Below, piece by piece: positions 49,809-61,600 of a stretch of DNA of 64,000 nt. The notes under the pieces are model-generated. The model had not been told where the DNA came from, did not search any database, and saw only the letters and a list, made by a program, of their open reading frames with translations. The stretch spans positions 8,184,001 through 8,248,000 of the forward strand of contig OZ241834.1 in NCBI GenBank assembly GCA_965202585.1, read 5' to 3'. The translations under genes and the position numbers were made by a program. Each line of letters starts with the position of its first letter. Within the stretch, counting starts at the first letter, position 1. Source of the DNA: Thalia democratica. Taxonomy: Eukaryota.

Positions 49809-52800
49809 TTATCTATTAGTTTGTTTCTCAGTTTATTCTGTATTTCTTTTAATTTGAGTTTGAAAGTAAAACTGATCTGTCTATTTTTATTTCCAAATTA
49901 TTTGAAATTCTGAAATCTGACCTTATACAACTTGTTTTTAAATTTTAATATACAAGTAAAATTAATTTGGTATTTTTGAACTTTATATAAATCTGATTTT
50001 GTAAAGTTTTGTTAGAAATTAGATGGTAGCTTAAAGATTAATAAAAAAATTAGTTAAATTTACTATAAAACAATATTAAAAAAGATTTGTAATTTTTTGT
50101 TTTATTACAGAATCACACAATGTACCCTAATCATGTTTAACTGGAAATGAAACTTCCTTTAAAATCAATGTTTGTAAAAAAAAATTCACGTATTTGGTTT
50201 TGATAAATTTTGATAGTCAAAAAGAGCACTTTATACTAATCTTTTTTTCTTATTATGAGTTGCGGCTCCACTCTAAGTGAAATAACTTTCAGTCACTTTT
50301 TATAAGTAGTTTTACAACTTAAACAATCTTGTCTGAAACTTTTTTTCGTTTTAAATTTCTATAAATACTAAAAATATGTATTAAATTTAGTGAAATAGAT
50401 TTCTACAAATAAAGTTTATTAAATTTATTTTACAAAGCAAAAAGCGTTAAAAAATATTAATACAACTATTTTATTGATAGAATAAAACTGTTTTGTGAAA
50501 ATCATTAAGCTATGGACGAAAATACTAATGTTAACTAACAACAAAACATTGTTAAGCTTACAAACGTTTTATAAAACTCGCATTTAAAAAACTTTATTTT
50601 AAGTATGAAATAAATTTAAATCAATAACGTCAAAAAGTTTTTATAAAAGTAAACCAAAATAAGATCAATTTACTTTAAAAAATACAAACATAACGTAGTG
50701 TAAATTTAACTTGTATTAAAAAAACAACACAGCAAAGGAATTAAATACTTGAGTATGAATAAAAAAAGTAATTTTTGAAAGCCTACATTCCTATGACGTC
50801 GACATACGTATTTTTTGTAAAAAAATAAGTTCATGTTTAATAAAAGAAGTACTTTGTTCAAAGCAACAAATAACTATATTGAAAATTTTATAATAGTTAT
50901 ACAATGATGAGAATATTTAATACTCTATAAACACTTTTTTTTTTTGTTATACCTTATCTTTTAATTTTTTGATTGACAAAAGCTGTTCACTAAATCATTT
51001 GATTTCGTTTTCATTATTTTTAACTCTTTAACTATAGCTTTACGTAATATCACTAAGCACATTAAAACACGTATAAATTATATCATTAAAACCTTTAAAA
51101 GTATTGGTTTAAGTACTAAATATAGTATAAATATTTTCTGAGAAAGCAAACCCGTAAATTACCTCGAATTCTCGATTATATAGTAACAAAATAAAGTCGT
51201 TATAATATGCTTTAAATTCATAAATAAATAAAAAATATTTGCACGTATTTCTCAATAAAAATAAAATTATTATTTAAAGTGTTAGAAAAAATAGAACATC
51301 TTTAATTTTGATTATATGAAATTATAATTTTGACTAAAACTTCTTTAAAAACCGAATAACTAAAAAAAACTGTTTTAGTATATTATAACAAAATTTGTTT
51401 CAAACTTTGTTGGTTTATTTTAATTTCAGAAGAATTTTCTTGTATTTACCTTTTGGAACTTTATGTAATTACACGTTTTTTATTTTTGGTTTAATTGCTT
51501 TCTTCATTTGACTACTGCACAAAGTATTTATTTGTCCTTGAGCTTCAGTTACTTACACTTATTTATTTCTAGTAAGTGTAATACAAGCTAATCTAGCATA
51601 AGTTAAGTTCAAGCTATGACTTTTTTTTTGTAAATACGAGATTGTTTTGTTTTAACTTAATTTATCTTGATAATGTGTAGATAAGTTTAAATTTTCTAAT
51701 ATAACCTTTGGTGTTGCTTTAACTTATTATTAAAAGTTTGTTCGTTATTGTATTCGAACAACTTTGTTTTTTTGTGTGAAGCTAATTACTTATAATCTAT
51801 TTGTATTTTCTTTTCAGATTGCTTTAAACCAAACTGCAGCTCTCGGGTCAAGTGTCCGTAGGGTAATTTCATTAAGAACATACCTTTTAAAACAATATTA
51901 TGGTTAAAAATTACAATAAGACTCTTGATTTTAAATCTACTCTTAAATTGTCGTTTTTTCTGCTTATCTTATCTATCTATTTAGGCTGGTTATTTTATTT
52001 TAAGCCAACTGCAGCCTGCAGAATATTTATTTTTTATGTAGTCTGACCCGTGAGCAACATTTTATAAGAAAACTGGCCTAAGATTTATAAAATATTTGTA
52101 ACTTCTTCTTTAAACAATGATCTACAAACTGTGGTAATTTGAAAAAAAAAACTTTCTTACTTGAATAACGATTATAAGCTTCTAATTATTATAACTCTAT
52201 ACACCTTTAAATTTCATGACTTATATAAAAGTTGTATAAAATTTGTATTTTACTTGATAAAAATATAATTTGGATGAAGTTTTTTTAAAACGAGATTAAA
52301 TAAAATCAAAATTAGTATAAGTAATCATTACAGAAATTACGTAAAATATATTTCGTAACACTGTTTATTTCAAAATGTTTTCTAAGTAATAGTAACAAAA
52401 TAGTTTTTTTTAATACTTTAAGTAATACTATACAATAAATAGAAAAAAAAACCTAGACTATTGGATAAAGTTCCTGTCTATATATTTGAATTATTTGGTT
52501 AAAAGAATACTTTATTTAGTGTTATATTTACATAAAACTATAATATTGGATACCACAATTATTTGCTTAAACAATATTGCTCAAAGTCATGAAATTTCCA
52601 AAATTTTTGCCTTAGTTGAACTTTTCTACATAAAACACACTTCAAAAACAAATTAACATGTTATAAAATTTTTTTTAAGTAGAATTAACTCCGAAACTAA
52701 GTTTTTAAATGTATATTTAAATGCATTACTCTTCTACTTGATTTTTGTTTTTGTTAAGCATAATAAGGCAAGTAATTATGTTTTCTACAGTTATTGTGTA

Positions 52801-54173
52801 AATGGTACGGTCTTCAAATTTTGAAAATTGATGTGTAAATAATAAATGTAGTACTCATTTTTAATAGGACAAGGTAATAGGACATTCGGGTCTCAGTATT
52901 TGTTAGCTACTTACGCCTAGCTCATGGGTCGGCTGGTAACCGCAAGCGAAATAAAAAAAAATCTTTGTTGGTTGCAGTTGTAGTTTTAGTCACCTGTTTT
53001 TAATTCCCTCCAATTACACCTTAATTTATTTTTAAAATATCAGAATAAGTAGTTAAATTTAAGAAACATATTTGCTCGCGAGCCAAATCCCATTTATACT
53101 AAGAATATGCTAGCTGGCTACAGTTTGCTGATCCTTGAATCAACTTATAAACTGCGTAGTTGAACTTATTGAGCTTTTTATTGAATTATAAAGCTTTAAA
53201 TTACTTAGTCCTCAATTTTTTAGTAAAACTTTGAGTAAAAGGCTGAAGAGTAAGAATAATAAAGTTAAAAACTTATTAATGTGTAAATAAAAGTTACTGA
53301 TTGCTAATTTACTCATTTAAAAAAGTGTATAAAGTTGATAATAATTTGAAAAAATTCAATTATGAAATTACAAGTTCAAAACACTATAGTTAACCGTTTT
53401 TACAGATAATATAAAGTGACTGTACGTTTTCAAACTAAATTATTTAGATATTGTTATGACACTTTCAAATATACAAGTGAGAAAAGCAATGCAAAGTTTT
53501 TCATTTAAAAATAGCAGCTGGCAGCTAAAAACATCTACGTATTAGTACACTAGATAAGTAACTATCGTCAAACAATTATTCATCGTTGTCTAGCTACCCA
53601 GAGAAATATTTTAACAGCAAAAATAGCAACAAATTAATACTTTTCTATCATATGCAAAAGTTCGTATTACATGCATTAGTTTAAGATTACTTCCAAGAAT
53701 ATGTAATATACAGTAACAGTTTGGAAGATAAAGTCTCGTTTCAAAAGATATACATTACAATTTAAATTAGACTGTATAGTGAATATCACTTTAAAAAGAT
53801 AATTTTTCGATAGGTTTTACTTATTTTTGCCTCTTTAAAAAGAATTGAATCAATGTTTTTATTATGTTACAAACTAGGTTTAATTTGTAATGTGATATTC
53901 GTGTGAAAACGAGTTTAGCTAGATTAAAAAAACAAACATTTTTATAAGTATTAAAATCAAGTATTAGTTTTGAAATATTTTTCGTAAAATAAACAAAACA
54001 TATAATATGTTTAATCAAATTCACATGAAACGAAAAATATATGATTTAAATAAGAAATAAAGAATTGTATGTTCAGTGATAGTTAACACATCTTTATAAC
54101 TAGCGAAACAAATAATAAATGACAAAACTTTTTATTAGTGTAAGAAACATTTAAAATTATGTTAGACTATAAC

Positions 54174-54770
54174 CAGTGGCGTCGCGTGGTCACTTTGTTA
54201 GAGGGTGCTGCAGATTGACATTGTCAAATTGAAAAATGTCATAGTCTGAAACACTTAGATTTAAATCATAAAGATTTTATGAAGAAATAGAAAATTTCTT
54301 AGAAAAAAATCGAACAAATTTGTTTGATTAAATAATGAATAGAATATTAAATATAATATAAAAAAGCACATATCTTATACCCACGTACATCATCACCCTT
54401 TCTAAACAACTATAGCTACTTTTATTTTTATTTATGTCCATGTAAGTTTCTGCACTTGCACAATTATAAATTTACTAACTTAATTTTTAGATTTTTCTAA
54501 CTGTTAATAAAAAACAAAAAAGTCATGCAAGTAACTTAAAAACCGAGGTTGCCCCTGCTCGAATTTTTCCTACTCGAGTTGCTCCTGCTCGAGTTTTTCC
54601 TTTTCGAGTTGTACCTGCTCAAGTTTTTCCTGTACGAGTTGTTCTTGCTCGAGTTTTCCCTGATTGAGTTGCCCCTGTTTGAGTTTTTCCTGCTCGAGTT
54701 GCATCTACTCGAGTTGCCCTTGTTCCAGTTTTCTTTGCTTGAGTTTCTTCTGTTCGAGTTCAACTTGTCT
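54174..54770. mobile_element. Second member of the CAGTGGCG hAT-like family carrying the 15-bp array, opposite orientation to 8701-9312; right end undefined
   Basis: CAGTGGCGTCGCGTGGT at 54174 matches the reverse complement of the 9312 terminus. It is followed by the reverse-complement array at 54548-54760. Confidence 0.6.
54548..54760 (-). repeat. 15-bp minisatellite (plus strand about GAGTTG/TTTCCTGCTC), about 14 units
   Basis: 15-nt periodicity, reverse complement of the 9013-9247 array family. Confidence 0.95.
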
Positions 54771-55559
54771 TATTGTGCTCGCGTTGTAGCAAATTTCAAC
54801 AACGATCATGATTTAAATCACATGGTGCTGCAAGTTCATGCAGCTCTAGATACAAACTTTTCAACATATTTTGTATTAAAAACTTGTAAACGTTTAAAAT
54901 GCAGCTGACACAGATTGAGCTTGCAGCTCTAATTTTACGAACATTTGAACATCAAATATAAAATTTGAAAACAAATAATTTAGCAGGGAATTTAACGACG
55001 TTTATGTACATATTTGGCTGTATTTTTTGTACAATTTCATGATAAATTAACTTTATTTTTTATAAGGTAATATAAATATTTTTATATCATTTTAAAGCTC
55101 AATTCCTCAGCTTAAAAAAATTTTTTTTTGACTGATTTGGGGTTGTACAGCTGAAGTAGGGGCATGTTTAAAGCCACGTGTTTAAAAGTAGTAAGTAAGT
55201 CAAGTTTTTTATAATAACAGTTTTTGAAAATATTTATGTACAATGTCATTTCAAAACTGCACTTAGATATGCTTTAGACATACTTAAGTTACATTTCTAT
55301 TAAAATAAAAAAAAAATTAAAAAATGTTTAGACTGTTTTATTATAACTTGATAGTTATAAAAATAAACGGTACTAAAAAAGGTATAACAGCGATATAAAT
55401 GTTACTTGTAACAAACTTAAATTTATTTTATTTCAAATTGAAATATCATGTGCTTAACTGAAAAATATATTTCAAAATAAAGTAATGTTACAGAAAAAGG
55501 ATTTAAATGAAAAACGTGTTTTTAACGAAAACTCAGAAATAAATGAAATTTAAAAAGCA

Positions 55560-58279
55560 ATGGATTGCAGCACTTTTTTAAGTTTTTGTTTTCAGTACAG
55601 CTATATAGAATTTCAGGTAAAATGTTTTAGTTTTTAAAAGTAATTGGTAATTCAAGCACAATTCTCTCAAATGTATAACACCAGTATAAAAACAAAAAAG
55701 TGCGAAGTAATCAGTTACTTTCCAAATTTAATTTTTTCTGACGATTTCGTTTAATTTTGTTAAATTTTGAAATGTTAACGTCTGTCAGCAAAGTAAGTTA
55801 AATATATGGCTTAATTTTTAAAAAATTGTTTAATAAGTAACATTTAGAATCAATTATTTGTTTTTAATCAATTCAAAAAAAAAATTCATTCCAAATTTCA
55901 TACTTAAAATAGCTGCTGTATTTTTACAATGTGTAAATACTTGTTATTTAAGTGCGGCTAAGTTTATAAATGCGAACAAATAGCTAAAACAGAGCTAACA
56001 AACAGATTCTGAAAAAAAAAAAATAATTTAATGTACTAATCATTAATCTAATAAGGTTTATGAATCTTTTCAGGCGTACTTCATATACTTGCTTTTTCAC
56101 TTGTTAGCGCCAAAAGTTGCCAATGCTGGATACACGAGGTAATTAAAATCATTTGTTTTTTTTACAATTTTAAAGTCTTTTAAAAGTACAGTATTAAGGC
56201 TATGAGAAACTTTATCAAAAGTATATCGTTACCTTAATCATGTTTTAGTACATATTTAAAAAATACTAAGCATGGCAAATATTTTTCTATTGTCAATTTG
56301 ATTAAGATAAACATTAATTAATCGAGTTCAAGTTTTAAAATCGTTAATGCTTACTAACAGGTAATAAGGAAAGAACTTTCAAAAGTTTTCCTTTCAATTA
56401 GAATAGCGTGAAAGTATAATTATTTGTTGAATAAACAGTTTACTTGTTGGTAAGCTTTTGAGCACTTTCAAAACATTAGTACTGTTCAACATAGTGTTTA
56501 TTTTTATAAACAAAAACATGCCAAAGCTTGTGCAGTTTTTGATAAATTTCATCAATGAAAACTATTTATATACTTTTAAACTTTAGAACTTAAGTAAAAG
56601 TAAGTATCTGTTTAAATTATTCATTTAATAGAACAAATAAGGCCGATAAAGAATACACTTTTGCAATTCACAAAAAAATAGTCGCCGGTGGAAATCTAGT
56701 CATGAACAAAATACCTGTAAGTTAAAACTAAAAAAAGTTGTATTAAAAAATTTTTATAAATATTTATACAAGGTAGTGTTTAATAATTTTTCTTTTTATA
56801 AAAGTTTTGAACTAATTTTTACATTTGCTTGCTTAAAATGTTATTTGCTTTTGATATAGTTTAAACTTTATAGGTAGTTATGAAACACAAATTTATAACT
56901 AAATATTTTATCATATCGACTTACAGTATATTGATAAAAAGTCGTCAGGTTAGTTAAGTAATACAATAAAATGGTATAAATTTGCTTCAGTAACTTTATG
57001 TTTATTTAAGTTTCAACAGCATTTTTTAGATGCTAAACGATCCAATTTAAATGTTTTCACACTTAACACACAAATATATTTTATGTTAATTATAATTTTT
57101 ATAAATTTTTACTATTATAGTCATATTAGTTAAATTTGCTTCCTGATAGTATTATAGTTTGTACTGGCATTAACAATTTTACTTATTGATGCAAAAAGTC
57201 ATAGTCAAAAATTTTTACAAGTTTATTAAAATAAAAACAAAATTAAGACTTCTGGTTAATATAAACATTATTAAAAATAAATATTTACAGATGAATTGCC
57301 ACGATATAGTGAAAAGTGGAATTTACTGTCCTTACCACAAGAATTTCAACAAAAATTATTTTCCTAACTCCTTCTACAAATGGCCACTAAACAAAAGAAG
57401 CACTGCACCTTGGGTTCAAATGTTAGAAATATGTTTTTATTAATAATGTCTGATTTAACTTCATTTGGTTAAAAAAAAAGTTTTTACCAAGACGTAATTT
57501 TATTACCAGCAAGTTTGTTAACAACAGCTACAATAAAATAATAAACAAGCAATAAAGCAAACTTATTAAATTTTTTTCACTTGTATTACAGACAGTTAGT
57601 TACCTTTTAGATTATCTTCAATTCAAGTGAAAATAGTCCTTATAAGTTTTACTAATAAGAATAAAAAGAACTCAAACAGACACTGAACTAAAACTACTAA
57701 ACTATCAAATTAAACACCGGCTCAAATAAAAAATCAGACTAGGTTCAAATTTAATTGGGCTCAAATGAAACTAAATTTAAAAAAAATTAACAAACTTAAG
57801 TTTCACTTAAACATTAATAAATGAACATTAGCTTAACAGTTAAAATTAAAAAAAAAATTATATTACAATTTATACATAAATTAGATGAACTCTGTATAGC
57901 GCCAATTTTTTTTTTGTATTATATTTACTTTTATTTAAAGTCTTCGAATTGATAGTATTTTTCCAATAACCTTGAATATTTAACTTCAGAAAAAAAATAA
58001 AATTATCGGTTTTTATAGCTTTATCAATAAGCACAACAATGAAAAGTTTAACCTTAAAAAAAAAAACTAAAGTTACTTAACACAAGCGTAAGTATTTAAA
58101 CTATTTTCAACTCATAGTCAAGTTAAAAACACACTTCAAATATCATACTAGTAAAAACTCGAATAAAAATAACTTGAACAGAAACTCAACTAACACTATT
58201 AAAAAAAAAAAAAAACAGGGGTTTTGTTTTAACAGCAAAATGTCAAAAAAATTCTACTTGGCATTATGTTAACAGTGTA

Positions 58280-58333
<54 letters not shown>

Positions 58334-58629
58334 GATATTTAAACAATAAAAATTTATTTTTGTATAACTTACCTTATATGAAATATAGATAAAACTAATA
58401 CAGAAACCAGATGAACACTGAAAGGCGCCCTCCAGTGATCGGGTGGTCGTGTTGCGCGTGTCGCCACTGTGTGGTGCACCATCGCACCAATTCAACGTTC
58501 ACGGCTGACAGGAGCAGGTTCAGTTACACCATGCCGAGTTTCATCCAGGTTGAACGTGTTGGGAGCGGGGAAGAATATTTGGAGGTGCAACCCGTGGGAT
58601 GCACTTGCGGAGCTCCTAGGATCCAATGA
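55560..58629 (+). CDS. Interleukin-17-like cystine-knot cytokine, 5 coding exons, about 187 aa
   Basis: Exons 55560-55616, 56074-56138, 56632-56716, 57291-57421 and 58404-58629 join GT-AG in phase (564 nt). C-terminal half NKRSTAPWVQINQMNTERRPPVIGWSCCACRHCV...EYLEVQPVGCTC has IL-17 motifs with the right spacing (RSTSPW-x8-ERYP, CxCxxC, VGCTC). Hydrophobic leader AYFIYLLFHLLAPKVANAG. The last two exons are much more secure than exon 1. Confidence 0.85.
58283..58328. repeat. (TA)23 microsatellite in the last intron of the IL-17-like gene
   Basis: Perfect TA run ending about 75 nt before the acceptor at 58403. Confidence 0.97.
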
Positions 58630-61600
58630 AGATCTAATCAAGATCTTCTTCATATTTTATCTGAATCTTAAACAATTTGTTCACTTTTTCAATATTTTGA
58701 AACTTATTCCCACGATTCAGTGAAGAATGATCTAATTTTTTATTTTTATAAGTTTATAGATCTTTTGTTATCCTTTAATTTTTGTAGGTTACTGGTTGTT
58801 TTATAAGAAACAGTTTTCCTGTAAAATTATTAATCTAGAATTCAATACAAATATTATTTTTAACTGAGACATTAATTCATCTAATAGAACTTTTAACTTA
58901 ATTTTCTTTCTTTTGCTTGCTGTTATTTGCGATATTATTTATTTGTAAAAATATAGTCTAGGATTTTATCTAAATGTTTTCTTGTTAATTAAAAAACTTA
59001 TGGTTGAACACTTTACAAAGAAACTTTGTCACAAATTAACTTACAATCATTTGATTGGTTTATCACTTGTAAGTTTTTAACGAGAAGTGTTTTTTTTTAC
59101 TAGTGGTAGTGTTTATTTATCATCTTCTACTTATTTTAATCTTTTGTGTTTTTGAGATATGTTTTATAATGCCTTAAAAAACTTCGCTTAGACATCTGTT
59201 TTATTGTAAAATGTTATGTGAACAAAATAAACAAAATATATTTTTACTTTTAATTGTGTATGGTAAAAACTATCTTTTTTGATAAAATATGTTTTAGTAT
59301 TTAACGTACCTTACTGTAAAACTTACTAATAAGTACTTAAAGAATTATACAAACATGTTTTGCATTATGTTAAAGTATAGTTTTTAACTTGTAAATTAAA
59401 ATCAATCAAACAAATTTATATTTCGTTTAAACTTTAAAGCATGAAATTTAACTGTTGTACTTTCTTTTGTTAAGTGAACAATTTAGCTAGCTGCCAAAAT
59501 ATAATTTTTAATTTAGGCCAACATAACTATTCTTTCTAAAAACTCTTAAGTAGTGGTTTATTGCATACGATAAAGTAATCGACATATTACATTTTTTCAA
59601 AGGACCTGTTGTACAGAAAGACCTTTAGGACTTTTTTACTTAAAATTTTTAATGCCATGAAATAAAGAAAAACACCATATATTTTACTATAAAAAACGTG
59701 TATTTAAAAAATTCTATAGCTATAAGCAACAAATATATACATAAGGAGAAAAACAAAACAGAATGTGACATTAAAAATAACTTAACATGAAAAGTAAAGG
59801 AAGCATTAATGTTAAGCTCTTGCCTACTTTGTTGTTTTAAGATGTAAAAAAAATTAAAAACTTCAAAGTAAAGATACATGATTTTCAAGAATTTTTTTTT
59901 TTTATCGTTTTGAACTAAAGCACTTGACAACTGAAAATTTGAATTTATATCTTTAACGATATAATATAACAACAAAAACCTCTTTAAGAACACAAACAAA
60001 AATACACGTAAACATTTTACTTAAATAAGTCTTTTTAAAGAAGGAAATATGCACAATCTCTGCTTTAGACTTTTTTAGTAGTTAGTAGTAAACTTACGTA
60101 CATAAAAGAAGTAACAACTTTATAAATAAAACTTTAATAAATTAAAATACTAACTTTACTAACATATTTAGATATTATATATATATACATATAGGTTAAT
60201 TAGTTTATATATAAACTTTTGAATTTAAAGCTATAACAAAAACGTGTTTATAAATCATGAATAATTAGTTTAGTCTATTGAACACGATAAAGAATTTGAC
60301 GCTTAAAAATATGGTTAAAGAAAGAACTTTTGGAAATCTACAGTCCATTTTTCAGGTTACCGACTTTGAGCTTTTTAAATAACATTTTTTCAAATAAAAC
60401 TCATCTTTTGGAAGAAAAAAATGTATAGCCTTTAACTAAGAATGACTTAACATACGTTGAATAAAAAGTTTTTAATATTAAGGAAAAAAAAGCTAGTAAT
60501 AAACTCAGAATAATTTTCTTTTTATAAACTGATACAACATGGTATAGACGTAAAATATAAAATGTATGTGCTTCGAATTGTACTTTTTTATTTGGGCTAT
60601 TTAATTATTACAACTGTAAATATATGTCTGATAATTTTATGTTCGAGGAAACAACCAAAAAAAATAAACTTAGACCAGTTTAACTGTAGAAAATTTATAC
60701 ATCGATAAAGTTTTGTTATAAGCGAGTTATATAAACAAAACAATACATGTTCGCAGTTAAGCGGATATATTTTAAAACACGCCAGCAGTAACGTATTTTA
60801 AAATAACAAAGTTATTAACTACGGATTTTTAAACCTGTTCCTTTTGTTTTAATTAGAAAACTCTAAAAAATCTTGAAAAAAATGTTTACTGTTTTATGTT
60901 CCATGAAGTGTTTTATATTTTTTAGTATACTTAAAAACAAATAAGATAAAAACATTTTATCGCTTTTACAATGCTTTTATAATCGGTCATAGTATATCAT
61001 ATTAAACTAAATGAATAAAAAGTAAGCAAAAAAAAAGAAAAACTTTTATGCGTTTTTATTTAAATTAGAAAAGCTTTGCATAGTTTTTTTAGTTAATTCA
61101 ATTAAATTTATGTAAAAGATAAATAAATATATAAAACGATTGCTCAAACTGTATGATTTACTCTAATTAGGTTTATATATACTCTTATTAGCATTTGTTT
61201 AGTAAACAAACAGTTATTATAAATTAAAAGCTGTTAACTTTTATGCATTTAAAAAATTATCATTTAAATGTGGTTTTATAAATAAAAACTGTTATCGATT
61301 TGTTTTGCAGTTACTTATTGTCAAAATCTAATTTAACTTTTTATGTAAAACCTCCGTAACCTTTACCGCCCTGAACTAAACTAACCTTGTAATTTTATAT
61401 AAAAAAAACTTCAATAAGTTTAACGTACATTGAGTATAAAATTAACAAGATCTGAATATTTTATTCACAATAAAAGTAAAAACAAGCAAGTAAAACACAA
61501 AAAATACTTCATTGGCTGTATCAAGTTACTTTAGCTAGTAAAATGATATATTCAAAAAATACTAAATTCAAGAAGAAGATAATCGAGCTTTAAAACTTCT

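Noticed and set aside
54536-54908. ORFs 54536-54763 and 54549-54908
   Set aside because: Same minisatellite family read on both strands; no independent coding evidence.
58455-58469. CGCCACTG as the missing right TIR of the 54174 element
   Set aside because: It lies within the IL-17-like coding exon (CACRHC codons); treating it as a terminus would place most of the cytokine gene inside the element without other support.
58229-58723. ORFs 58229-58495 (-) and 58469-58723 (+)
   Set aside because: Shadow frames of the IL-17-like last exon and the TA microsatellite.
59649-59999. 116-aa hydrophobic ORF as a membrane protein exon
   Set aside because: F/L/I/K/Y-rich composition expected from AT-rich non-coding DNA; GTG start, no family motif and no partner exons found.
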